From: Trichoplax adhaerens
Taxonomy: Eukaryota; Animalia; Placozoa
DNA length: 64,000 nt
Direction of reading: 5' to 3'
Assembly: GCF_000150275.1 (NCBI RefSeq)
Contig: NW_002060960.1
Location: 572,469-636,468, forward strand
The notes under the pieces were generated by a model, which saw only the letters and a list, made by a program, of their open reading frames with translations, was not told where the DNA came from and searched no databases. Shown one piece after another: positions 1 to 12,800 of the stretch (its first letter is position 1; each line of letters begins with the position of its first letter). A program made the translations under genes and the position numbers.

Positions 1-1383
1 TCCGATATACTGGGATATTTGTAGTTGTCTGGGTGCAGTGGATCGCAGATTATACAGCGTTGTAATTCATGCTCGCCAAGCTCAATATTTTGCATTTGCA
101 GCTCCTCGTTATCCAGCAGTGGAGCCTGCAACAGCACCGTACTTTACTACCCAGGATGACGACAGTAAATTTACAGTACAGTACAGTCAAGTTGTCTTAT
201 TACAGTGTACAGTACATTGCCGGACTGTAGAATACAGTACATTGTACTGTGCTGTACTGTAGGATTCATTTCCAGGCCAAAATCGGCGGTACAAGTTGTG
301 ATTTGCTAATCATTCCGTATGAAGCTTCTACAGTACAGTACAGTACAGTACTGTACTGTAGAGATAGGATAACTGCAGAACCTGATTAAGATGATAAAAT
401 AGATGTACTGTAGAGTATGGCTAAATGCCTAAATAGTAACAAAAAACTGATGTAATGTAGTCCAGTATGGCTATACTATACATACATTGCAGTGCTGTGC
501 ATCAAATCTAAAAAGAGCAGGCTACACTTCAGTGTTTCAATTTACTGTACTCTTTCATCATTGACGTACTTACACTTACACTCATACCAAAGATTGGCGT
601 TCAAAGCATTCTTAAAACTACGAAATATTGCAACAGTTTCATTGATGACTGTATCTTTCTGATTACTGCGCATGTTGCTTACGCCAATCCTCCGGTTTAC
701 GGTACTGTAAATGTACAGTACAGTACTGTATGAATGAGTCGGACTAACAGTTTGACCAGGCAGGTACAGTACAGCACTGCACTGTAATCAGATCAATGCT
801 AGATTGCTAGTGCCTCCTCTTGTAGGTGTTGGAGGGGTGTGTTCATGTCATGCCGGTGTGGTATATTCGGTGTTGTGTATAGCTAAAAAATAGAAAGGTT
901 GTCAGATTTTATCAACACTGTATCGCACGACAATTTTACTTGCAAAGCCACACAATCATGACTCATTGAAAGTCAAAAGTAGGGTTTAAAGCTCATGTCG
1001 ATGACTCATATCAAACTCTATGTATCCAATTTTGTACCTGAGCGTACGGTGTACTATACCAACCAACGATTCAATGAAGTAATTTATTTCATAATTGTCC
1101 AACTTGAAAGTAGTAAGTAATCAATGGAATTGAATCATTTAGGATGTGATGGACTACAGTAGCAATATCGTATTGTAGGGTACAGTAGAAAATACAATTA
1201 TTTTTAGAAATAAAATACTTGACTGTTTTTGCAATGCAATACTGTATGATGAGAGTACATGGGAGGCTGCGCTGTTGCGTCATCATGAGAAAATCGGTGC
1301 AAACGGCTAAGTTTATGAGAATGATTTACTTGATAATGTTGTTGACCAGTAGCATTGGCTCATCCAAAATATTTGTCTGATAT
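1..1383 (-). CDS. Putative spliced minus-strand gene fragment of unknown product, running off the window start (also present in copy 2, ~6848-8230)
   Basis: AG/GT-bounded open frames: 1383-1330 (YQTNILDEPMLLVNNII), 704-~580 (TVNRRIGVSNMRSNQKDTVINETVAIFRSFKNALNANLWYE; the one SNP versus copy 2 is synonymous, AAC/AAT) and 125-1 (APLLDNEELQMQNIELGEHELQRCIICDPLHPDNYKYPSIS). The first two are phase-compatible. The link to the third is unresolved and no family is recognised. Confidence 0.3.
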
Positions 1384-2997
1384 CTGTGGTATGTAAGGAC
1401 AGATAAAGGTATCAATTTAGTGTACTATACTGTACTGTATCGTAGAACATGATCGAAACGTGTTTTGATTGTACCGCACTGTATAGTACTGTATATTATT
1501 TCTGTACTTTCCCAGAGGTAATTCATTCAAAACTATGATGTAAAGATAATAAAAAATAGATAAAAAGAAATACCGTTCATTGCAGACCTTACTATATATA
1601 TTGTACTGTACTGTAGGATAGTATTGATTAATTCGTTATCTTATCGGTCAAATTTCTTTTCTTTTATTATTGTTTTCCTTGAAATTGGAAGTGATTTAAA
1701 TTGATAAGAATTGTGATTGTTTGCAGAAAATTAATGATGATAATGATGTTTATTTATGCCGCTATTTTCTTGTCTTATTGACAGTACTGAACTGTACAAC
1801 ACAGTATACAGTACAGCACAGTACAGCGTGACTACAGTCTGCAGCGAATCGCCTTGTTGTTGAACTACAGTACAGTACAGTACAGTACAAGCAGAATATA
1901 CTGTACTACTGTGCAGTACTGTACTGTACTGTACAGAGGTGGTTACCACTACAGTACTTTAACGTACTTGTACAGTACAGTACAGTACTGTACTGTACAG
2001 TAGTACCGTGCAGTATCGACTGATAGCAGATGTACTGTACAACAATCAATGACTTTGTATCGCAGATCATGGTAAACGATGGAAAGATGATCAACGATCA
2101 TGTACGATCATGTTGGTATCATTGCAGGATATCTGATCAGTAAAACCTTGGATACTTTTAGCATTCACGATGACTGCTATACAGTACAATAATGAATCGG
2201 GCGTCTTTTCAAAACAATAGCATCACCTCATCACCGTATGACCTGTAAAAATAATGGTATGACTGGTCTCATGGTGGCATAATACCACAAACCAATACAA
2301 GCCGAGAGAGATAATCCAGTCACAGTAGTGTCCGTTCGACTCATTTCAGCCAAAAGATTCTGAATCATGGTGCTCAAATTAGCATACGTTGATACTATAC
2401 TGAAGCATGGAATAGATCATGTCCATTTGTATGTTTTACTGTATCTTACACATTGTACACTACTCATATTCTACCGTACTGTACATCATGACGAATGTGA
2501 CATATGAGATAGTACTTTGAATACATCAGTCATTTATCTGTGCATGAAATAGAATTGATCACAGACAAACAAATTTAGACGATGAAATGTGATCACATTT
2601 GTAATTTGGCGTTGCGTTTTGTACACTACCTTCACCATGAAACTAAACAGAGTAAACAACATGAACAATGCACTTGTGCTGACTTGTACTGACTTGTAGT
2701 GCGTACTGTATATTACTAGAATCAGTCTGACTCAGTCTACGGTCTCTTGATGGCAACAGCCATAGCCAGCCAGGTCCCAGCGGTGTTGCATCAGAACTAC
2801 ATAAAAACAACAAAAACAATACGTTCAAGGACAAGGTACGGTACAATACAATTGCCTTGTCACGCTATTTTTTGTTGTTGTTGAACCATGATATCAATTT
2901 GGCCTGGACATTTTACTACGGTACTGGAAGTCTTGGGCCAGCGTACTTTGTACCGCGCAGTCCGGTACTGTGCATTGTACTGGACATACTGTACTGT

Positions 2998-3057
2998 AGG
3001 ATGACATGAGCCTTGACAGGATGGCATGAGCCTACACAGGATGACATGAGCCTTGAG
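2998..3057. repeat. 3 x 20-bp minisatellite (AGGATGACATGAGCCTTGAC); also at 9932-9991
   Basis: Units aggatgacatgagccttgac / aggatggcatgagcctacac / aggatgacatgagccttgag. Confidence 0.9.
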
Positions 3058-3521
3058 CGTGCGCGCTGCAGCACAGTATGAAGTATTGTGAAAGGTCATG
3101 CCTTATCACAAAATGACACATCTCGTAGGCGTATTCTCACATCGTTAAAGAGTCTGCTCCATTGAATTGTACTATCCCTCGTGTTACGACCTCAGGGTAG
3201 AAAGTTTCTACAGTACTATACTGTACAGTAGAAACCAAGAGTTACAGTACAGTGCACAGTAGAAACCCATCCACACACCTGGGCATGCTTTTCTTGCAAA
3301 TGTACTGTACACTGTACAGTATGTCAATATGTAATAACAACACTTTGGCGATTGTGGAACTAATTATGACGTCTACAAGTTCAATGTAATAGTAGGCTGT
3401 CTCCATCGACAAACGTTGGCATTTGCGCTTGTAGCGTTACCGGTAGAAATCAGAGTGAAGGCACAATCGTTTTCATTGACGTAGAGTTGAACAGACTGGA
3501 ATTCTTGCAATCTCTATCAAA

Positions 3522-6500
3522 ATGGGTATCCAATATGATGAAGACAGCAAGATGAACCCTCATTTGGATAGGTTTGCTACCTATCGACGTCGTTGGTATA
3601 TTTTAGCAATTTTCTCTGTTTTATGCTTTACGCAAGGCATGGTATGGAATACATGGGGTCCGGTTGCAACATCTGCTGAATATTATTATGGTTGGACCGA
3701 TAGCGATGTAGCCATGATGGCCAATTGGGGAACCATTATGTATGTAGTAACCGTGTTTTTTTGGTCCTACTTATTCGATACAGTAGGTAAGATCAAGATA
3801 AGCGAACCGATCAAGTGAAGTTGATTGTATCGCATGGTATCAACATGCTACTAGACTTTTGTATTACTGTACACTATGATAACATTAGCGATCAACATTG
3901 ATCCAACATGGACACTTTATACAGCGATTGCCACTCGATACCTTACTATAGTCAGCCGTACAGTACATGATCACGCCGGAGTCCTCTACCTTACAGTCCA
4001 CGCAAATAGATGATAACCTGTAGCATAGTAGCTGTGAAATTCTTGCAATTGGAATTTGGATTTCATCTTTAGTAAAGTACTGCATGCAACATTATCATCA
4101 GGGCGTGCTTTTCCAACCTCGATTTCCTTTGGCCAATTGGAAATGATAATGAATCGAGTTTTTACGCCTAATCATTGATCAATAAATTCAAATTGTATAA
4201 TCGGATTACTGCATAGCTCGCAAGGAATTCCAGTATTGGTGATCGCAAAAACTCCTTGAACTTCTGTACGCGTAATCATGTACGTTACTCAATGGCCGAC
4301 GTTAGCCAACTACATGATTCAACACAGTGGTACAATATTATAGGTTGCTGCGTTGCATTGCACAGATTGTAGTACAGTATATCAGGGCTACTAGAAAGAA
4401 ACCGATACATTTCCTTCTTGTACTCTAAAAAGATATTAATCGTGATAGACTGTTGACCTAGTAAAGTAGAAAACGAAGTTCGTTATAATGCTTGCAAAAC
4501 GATAGGAGGATTGCAAAATTGGCAATGGAATGAACATCAATGACTAATAGTTAACATTCAGCAACATGGATGTCCCAGACGCCACTGTACAGTCCGTACG
4601 GTACGGTACTGGATGCTAATAATCTACAGTACTTATACTGTAGTTGGATTCCGTCCGATAATACCGTACTGTACCGTAGATAATGAATCGTCGTCGCGTA
4701 CCGTACAGTACAGTGTAAAAATGTTACCGATGTCCAGTTGCGTCCGCATGGACGGACGGATGAGGGCATGGATCGGAACATCTGATTCAGATAATCCGAT
4801 AATCCGCAGAAAATCAGACAGCAAGATCGACAGACTCTGAATATGTTCATTCAAACGGAAATTACGCCCCTTTGCAAAAACATGTTGAAAGTCAAAAATA
4901 GACATGGATTATTTTTAGACCTACCTGTCAGTGCATGGCCTTAACTATCTTGCATGCTGCTGCAGAATGATGGAATTTCAATGAATGAATGCCATACTCG
5001 AGTAAACTACTTACTGCAAGCACCACGGTTCACATTAATGTAGTCTGACATACGGACTGCGTGCTATAGATTGAACTTGTAGTCACTTAGTGTGCTAACA
5101 AATCCATAGGTAATCCTAATTCTGTAAAAACCTTGCCAGAAGGAGTCATTGATTCATTATTATAATGATACGTGTACCTCGATGATATAGTATTTATTCG
5201 TTCGATACTCATGACAAAACCCATGTTTATTCTAGGTTCTAGAATACCCATCGTATCCGCCGCATTTTGCATCGCCTTAGGGACTGGATTGAGAATCATT
5301 TCTAGAGAATCCGCAGTTGCAACCCCGTAAGTAATAACGAAGCAGCGCACTATTACCAATTATGTTTTGCTAGGAATAGCTATCACAAGGCAACGTCATA
5401 TTACGTTACTGTACTCAATATTCTATTTAACCTACTGGATAGATTACGGTCATGCAAAAGCGTTGCAATTAGGTCACTGTCACTTATGAACAAGATGAGC
5501 GTGCTACCAATGCAGAATCCATGCATCATAACGGCTCATTTTTGATAAGTACAGTGATGCTTCTATTATCGAGATATCGACCTTAAAAGCCTTTTAGCTA
5601 CATAGATAATAGAAGATCTTGACACAATCTTCGTTAACAATTCAATATAAAATTGCAATCAGTACACCTACGACAACAGAAAGCAATCGCGGATGACAAG
5701 TTGTACTTGTCCAGTCATTCCTGCAATATTTTACACACTTACAGGCAATGATATGGGCATCAGGAAGAGAGTAACTGCATAATTGGATTAACTTTTATTA
5801 TAATTTTATTGATAGATTAATTCATATTGCTCAAATATTAAATGGCTTTGCGGGTCCCATAGCACTCGGTGGACCACCAATCATATCTGCCTTATGGTTT
5901 CCTCCTCGTCAACGAACCACGTCAACGGCCATAACGACGATTTTTAGTTACCTTGGTGTCGCAACTGCTTTCGTACTTGGACCTAATATGGTATATGAGG
6001 TCAAAAATGCTACTGATACCAATAGTAGCGTGTAAGTGCTAGCTTTTCCTTTTATTAGTAGTGCAACGATACAACACTAAAGCTTACTTTATCATACTAT
6101 ATAAAATGGAACATCAACTGTAATACAGTCACTGGCATAAACTATAATACAGTGTTTTTTAGGCTTATACGGAATGGGATGAATGGGCTAATTATGTATT
6201 TTCATTCATATTGTTGTCTTACAGACCAAAGTCAAATCTTGTATTCTATTTAAACTCCACAAATTCGGGTACGTAGCTCGCTTCATTACTTTCCGAGATT
6301 GTATAGTCACTGGCACCTCTTCGGATATTGTCTATCCCTTCTACGATATGCCAAAATTAATTCTTATTTCAATGAAGCAGTTAAAGTAATACGTAATTTG
6401 AGTTAGTAAACATCAACTGATCTCAAACAATTTTTACAAATTCATTGTAATCTACGGTTTGCTACCTGAACCACGTTGCCCTGCAACGAAATATAGTTAT

Positions 6501-6679
6501 GATATATGCGAACTATACAAAATACTATGTAGCCAACTCTGTTCAGCTAATGATATTTTTACTGTAGATAAAGGCAACATTGTGATGATTCTCTAATAAT
6601 TAATCTATCATTGACTTCCATTACTTAGATGAAATTCGACAAAAAGTTGGTGATCAAATGTGGGACTTTTTATTGATAG
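3522..6679 (+). CDS. Partial second copy (exons 1-5) of the SLC49A4/DIRC2-like MFS transporter, truncated by the gap
   Basis: Exons 3522-3786, 5236-5326, 5816-6031, 6225-6268, 6629-6679. The peptide matches copy 2 and the coding differences I saw are synonymous. Confidence 0.85.
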
Positions 6680-6797
6680 GTACCACCAATTGAATTATCG
6701 ATACAGCACCATTAAGTTTATAAATAACTGTTATCGATCCGGACACTTACTAAAGTTATATGCTCTAAATATAATTATCTTTTTCCTCTCTGTGTAT

Positions 6798-6847
6798 NNN
6801 NNNNNNNNNNNNNNNNNNNNNNNNNNNNNNNNNNNNNNNNNNNNNNN
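6798..6847. other. Assembly gap (50 N)
   Basis: Run of N exactly at the duplication junction. Confidence 0.99.
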
Positions 6848-9800
6848 TATTTGTAGTTGTCTGGGTGCAGTGGATCGCAGATTATACAGCGTTGTAATTC
6901 ATGTTCGCCAAGCTCAATATTTTGCATTTGCAGCTCCTCGTTATCCAGCAGTGGAGCCTCGAGCCTGCAACAGCACCGTACAGTACAGTCAAGTTGTCTT
7001 ATTACAGTGTACAGTACATTGCTGGACTGTAAAATGCAGTACATTGTACTGTACTTTGCTGTACTGTACTGTACTGTAGGATTCATTTCCAGGCCAAAAT
7101 CGGCGGTACAAGTTGTGATTTGCTAATCATTCCGTATGAAGCTTCTACAGTACTGTATGTACTGTACAGTGTACTGTACTGTACAGTAGAGATAGGAGGA
7201 TAACTGCAGAACCTGATTAAGATGATAAAATAGATGTACGGCTAAATAGTAACAAAAAACTGATGTAATGTAGTCCAGTATGGCTATACTATACATACAT
7301 TGCAGTGCTGTGCATCAAATCTAAAAAGAGCAGGCTACACTTCAGTGTTTCAATTTACTGTACTCTTTCATCATTGACGTACTTACACTTACACTCATAC
7401 CAAAGATTGGCGTTCAAAGCATTCTTAAAACTACGAAATATTGCAACAGTTTCATTGATGACTGTATCTTTCTGATTACTGCGCATGTTGCTTACGCCAA
7501 TCCTCCGATTTACGGTACTGTAAATGTACAGTACAGTACAGTATGTTCATTAACAGATGAACATGTACTGTACACTGTACACTGTACAGTACTGTATGAA
7601 TGAGTCGGACTAATAGTTTGACCAGGCAGGTACAGTACAGTACTGCACCGTAATCAGATCAATGCTAGATTGCTAGTGCCTCCTCTTGTAGGTGTTGGAG
7701 GGGTGTGTTCATGTCATGCCGGTGTGGTATATTCGGTGTTGTGTATAGCTAAAAAATAGAAAGGTTGTCAGATTTTATAAGCACTGTATCGCACGACAAT
7801 TTTACTTGCGAAGCCACACAATCATGACTCATTGAAAGTCAAAAGTAGGGTTTAAAGCTCATGTCGATGACTCATATCAAACTCTATGTATCCAATTTTG
7901 TACCAGAGCGTACGGTGTCATGACATGAAAATGAATACTATACGAACCAACGATTCAATGCAGTAATTTATTTCATAATTGTCCAACTTGAAAGTAGTAA
8001 GTAATCAATAGAATTGAATCATTTTGGATGTGATGGACTACAGTAGAAATATCGTATTGTAATGCAATACTGTATGATGAGAGTACATGATAGACCTGAC
8101 TACATGGGAGGCTGCGCTGTTGCGTCATCATGAGAAAATCGATGCAAACGGCTATGTTTATGAGAATGATTTACTTGATAATGTTGTTGACCAGTAGCAT
8201 TGGCTCATCCAAAATATTTGTCTGATATCTGTGGTATGTAAGAACAGATAAAGGTATCAATTTGGTGTACTATCCTGTATGGTAGAACATGATCGAAACG
8301 TGTTTTTATTGTACCGCACTGTATAGTACAGTACTGTATATTATTTCTGTACTTTTCTAGAGGTAATTCATTCAAAACTATGATGTAAAGATAATAAAAA
8401 ATAGATAAAAAGAAATATCGTTCATTGGAGACCTTACTGTATACAATACAGTATATACAGTACAGTACTGTAGGATAGTATTGATTAATTCGTTATCTTA
8501 TCGGTCAAATTTCTTTTCTTTTATTATTGTTTTCCTTGAAATAGGAAGTGATTTAAATTGATAAGAATTCTGATTGTTTGGAGAAAATACAGTAAATAAT
8601 GATAATGATGTTTATTTATGCCGCTATTTTCTTGTCTTATTGACAGTACTGAACTGTACAACACAGTATACTGTACAGTACAGTACAGTACAGCGTGACT
8701 ACAGTCTACAGCGAATCGCCTTGTTGTTGAACTACAGTACAGTACATGCAGTACAGTACAGTACAAGCAGAATATACTGTACTGTACAGTAGTACAAACA
8801 CGAGTAGTCTGGGTGCTGCACTGTACTGTACTGTACAGTACATGTTGTACAGTACAGAGGTGGTTACCACTACAGTACTGTACTGTACTGTACGAGTACA
8901 GTAGTACCGTGCAGTATTGACTGATAGCAGATGTACTGTACAATAATCAATGACTTTGTATCGCAGATCATGGTAAACGATGGAAAGATGATCAACGATC
9001 ATGTACGATCATGTTGGTATCATTGCAGGATATCTGATCAGTAAAAACCTTGGATACTTTTAGCATTCACGATGACTGCTATACAGTACAGTACAATAAT
9101 GCATCGGGCGTCTTTTCAAAACAATACCATCACCTCATCACCGTATGACCTGTAAAAATAATGGTATGACTGGTCTCATGGTGGCATAATACCACGAACC
9201 AATACAAGCCGAGAGAAATAATCCAGTCACAGTAGTGTACGTTCGACTCATTTCAGCCAAAAGATTCTGAATCATGGTGCTCAAATTAGCATACGTTGAT
9301 ACTATGCTGAACCATGGAATAGATCATGCCCATTTGTACGTTTTACTGTATCTTACACATTGTACACTACTCATATTCTACCGTACAGTATATCATGACG
9401 AGTGTGACATATGAGATGGTACTTGAATACATCAGTCATTTATCTGTGCATGAAATAGAATTGATCACAGATAAACAAATTTAGACGATGAAATGTGATC
9501 ACATTTGTAATTTGGCGTTGCGTTTTGTACACTACCTTCAGCATGAAACTAAACAGAGTAAACAACATGAACAATGCACTTGTGCTGACTTGTACTGACT
9601 TGTAGTGCGAACTGTATATTACCAGAATCAGTCTGACTCAGTCCACTGTCTCTTGATGGCGACAGCCACAGCCAGCCAGGTCCCAGCGGTGTTGCATCAG
9701 AATTACACAAAAACAACAAAAACAATACGTTCAAGGACAAGGTACGACGGTACAATACAATTGCCTTGGCACGCTATTTTTTGTTGTTGTTGAACGATGA

Positions 9801-12800
9801 TATCTACAGTACAGTATGTGGCCTGGACATTTTACTACGGTACTGGAAGTCTTGGGCCACCGTGCTTTGTACCGCGCAGTCCGGTACTGTGCATTGTACT
9901 GGACATACAGTACAGTACAGTACTGTACTGTAGGATGACATGAGCCTTCACAGGATGGCATGAGCCTACACAGGATGACATGAGCCTTGAGCGTGCGCGC
10001 TGCTGCACAGTATGAAGTATTGTGAAAGGTCATGCCTTATGACAAAATGACACATCTCGTAGGCGTATTTTCACATCGTTAAAGAGTCTGCTCCATTGAA
10101 TTGTACAGTACTATCCCTCGTGTTACGACCTCAGGGTAGAAACCAAAAGTTACAGTACAGTGCACAGTAGAAACCGATCCACACACCTTAGCATGCTTTT
10201 CTTGCAAATGTACTGTACACTGTACAGTACTGTACAGTATGTCAATATGTAATAACAACACTTTGGTGATTGTGGAACTAATTATGACGTCTACAAGTTC
10301 AAAATAATAGTAGGCTGTCTCCTTCGACAAACGTTGGCATTTGCGCTTGTAGCGTTACCGGTAGAAATCACAGAGTGAAGGCACAATCGTTTTCATTGAC
10401 GTGGAGTTGAACAGACTGGAATTCTTGCAATCTCTATCAAAATGGGTATCCAATATGATGAAGACAGCAAGATGAACCCTCATTTGGATAGGTTTGCTAC
10501 CTATCGACGTCGTTGGTATATTTTAGCAATTTTCTCTGTTCTATGCTTTACGCAAGGCATGGTATGGAATACATGGGGTCCGGTTGCAACATCTGCTGAA
10601 TATTATTATGGTTGGACTGATAGCGATGTAGCCATGATGGCTAATTGGGGAACCATTATGTATGTAGTAACCGTGTTTTTTTGGTCCTACTTATTCGATA
10701 CAGTAGGTAAGATCAAGATAAACGAACCTATCAAGTGAAGTTGATTGTATCGCATGGTATCAACATGCTACTTGACTTTTGTAATATTGTACACTATGAT
10801 AGCATTAGCGATCAACATTGATCCAACATGGACACTTTATACAGCGATTGGCACTCGATACCTTACTATAGTCAGCCATACAGTACATGATCACGCTGGA
10901 GTCCTCTACCTTATAGTCCATGCAAATAGATGATAACCTGTAGCATAGTAGCTGTGAAATTCTTGCAATTGGAATTTGGATTTCATCTTTAGTAAAGTAC
11001 AGTACTGCATGGAACATTATCATCAGTGTGTGCTTTTCCAACCACGATTTCCTTTGGCCAATTGGAAATGATAATGAATCGAGTTTTTACGCCTAATCAT
11101 TGATCAATAAATTCAAATTGTATAATCGGATAACTGCATAGCTCGCAAGGAATTCCAGTATTGGTGATCGCAAAAACTCCTTGAACTCCTGTACGCGTAA
11201 TCATGTACGTTACTCAATGGCCGACGTTAGCCAACTGCATGATTCAGCACAGCGGTACAATATTGTAGGTTGCTGCGTTGCACTGCACAGATTGTAGTAC
11301 AGTATATCAGGGCTACTAGAAAGAAACCGATACATTTCCTTCTTGTGCTTTAAAAAGATATTAATCGTGATAGACTGTTGACATAGTAAAGTAGAAAACG
11401 AAGTTAGTTATAATGCTTGCAAAACGATAGGAGGATTGCAAAATTGGCAATGGAATGAACATGAATTACTAATAGTAACATTCAGCAACATTGATGTCCC
11501 AGACGGTACGGTACTGTACAGTACTGTACAGTGTACAGTATGCTAACAATCTACATGACGTACAGTACAATATACTGTAGTTGGATTCCTTCCGATAATA
11601 CTGTACAGTACAGTACAGTACTGTACTGTATAATGAATCGTCGTCGCGTACCGTACAGTACAGTGTAAAAATGTTACCAATGTCCAGTCGCGTATGCATG
11701 GACGGACGGACGATGGCATGGATCGGAACATCTGATTCAGATAATCCGAAAATCCGCAAAAATTCAGACAGCAAGATCGACAGACTCTGAATATGTTCAT
11801 TCAAACGGAAATTACGCCCCTTCGCAAAAACATGTTGAAAGTCAAAAATAGACATGGATTATTTTTAGACCTACCGTCAGTGCATGGCCTTAACTATCTT
11901 GCATGCTGCTGTAGAATGATGGAATTTCAATGAATGAATGCCATACTCGAGTAAACTACTTACTGCAAGCACCACGGTTCACATTAATGTAGTCTGACAT
12001 ACGGACTGCATGCTATAGATTGAACTTGTAGTGACTTATTGTGCTAACAAATCCATAGGTAATCCTAATTCTGTAAAAACCTTGCCAGAAGGAGTCATTG
12101 ATTCATTATTATAATGATACGTGTACCTCGATGATATAGTATTTATTCGTTCGATACTCATGACGAAACCCATGTTTATTCTAGGTTCTAGAATACCCAT
12201 CGTATCCGCCGCATTTTGCATCGCCTTAGGGACTGGATTAAGAATCATTTCCAGAGAATCCGCGGTTGCAACCCCGTAAGTAATAACGAAGCAGCGCACT
12301 ATTACCAATTACATTTTGCTAGGAATAGCTATCACAAGGCAACGTCATATTACGTTACTGTACTCAATATTCTATTTAACCTACTGGATAGATTACGGTC
12401 ATGCAAAAGCGTTGCAATTAGGTCACTGTCACTTATGAACAAGATGAGCGTGCTACCAATGCAGAATCCATGCATCATAACGGCTCATTTTTGATAAATA
12501 CAGTGATGCTTCTATTATCGAGATATCGACCTTAAAAGCCTTTTAGCTGCATAGATAATAGAAGATCTTGACACAATCTTCGTTAACAATTCAATATAAA
12601 ATTGCAATCAGTACACCTACGACAACAGAAAGCAATCGCGGATGACAAGTTGTACTTGTCCAGTCATTCCTGCAATATTTTACACACTTACAGGCAATGA
12701 TATGGGCATCAGGAAGAGAGTAACTGCATAATTGGATTAACTTTTATTATAATTTTATTGATAGATTAATTCATATTGCTCAAATATTAAATGGCTTTGC

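Larger units (their letters stand above)
16..6797. repeat. Copy 1 of a ~6.8-kb near-identical tandem duplication (partner 6848-13723); probably an uncollapsed haplotype
   Basis: Both copies begin TATTTGTAGTTGTCTGGGTGCAGTGG and end TTCCTCTCTGTGTAT. They are colinear with scattered SNPs and indels, and the junction is a 50-N gap. Confidence 0.93.

Noticed and set aside
1731-2094. ORFs rich in YSTVQ/VLYCT (also 6660-7126, 8524-9002, 30596-30921)
   Set aside because: These are translations of the CAGTA/TACTG pentamer, which has no stop codon in its pure repeat frames. Several also read through N-gaps.
2643-2846. 67-aa minus-strand ORF with a signal-peptide-like start
   Set aside because: It has a non-ATG start, several non-synonymous differences between copies, and the candidate AG acceptor is absent in copy 2.
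2998-3057. CRISPR-like array
   Set aside because: Units are contiguous with no unique spacers, there are no cas genes, and the context is eukaryotic.
5087-5359. 90-aa minus-strand ORF conserved in both copies (also 12036-12308)
   Set aside because: Antisense shadow of MFS exon 2
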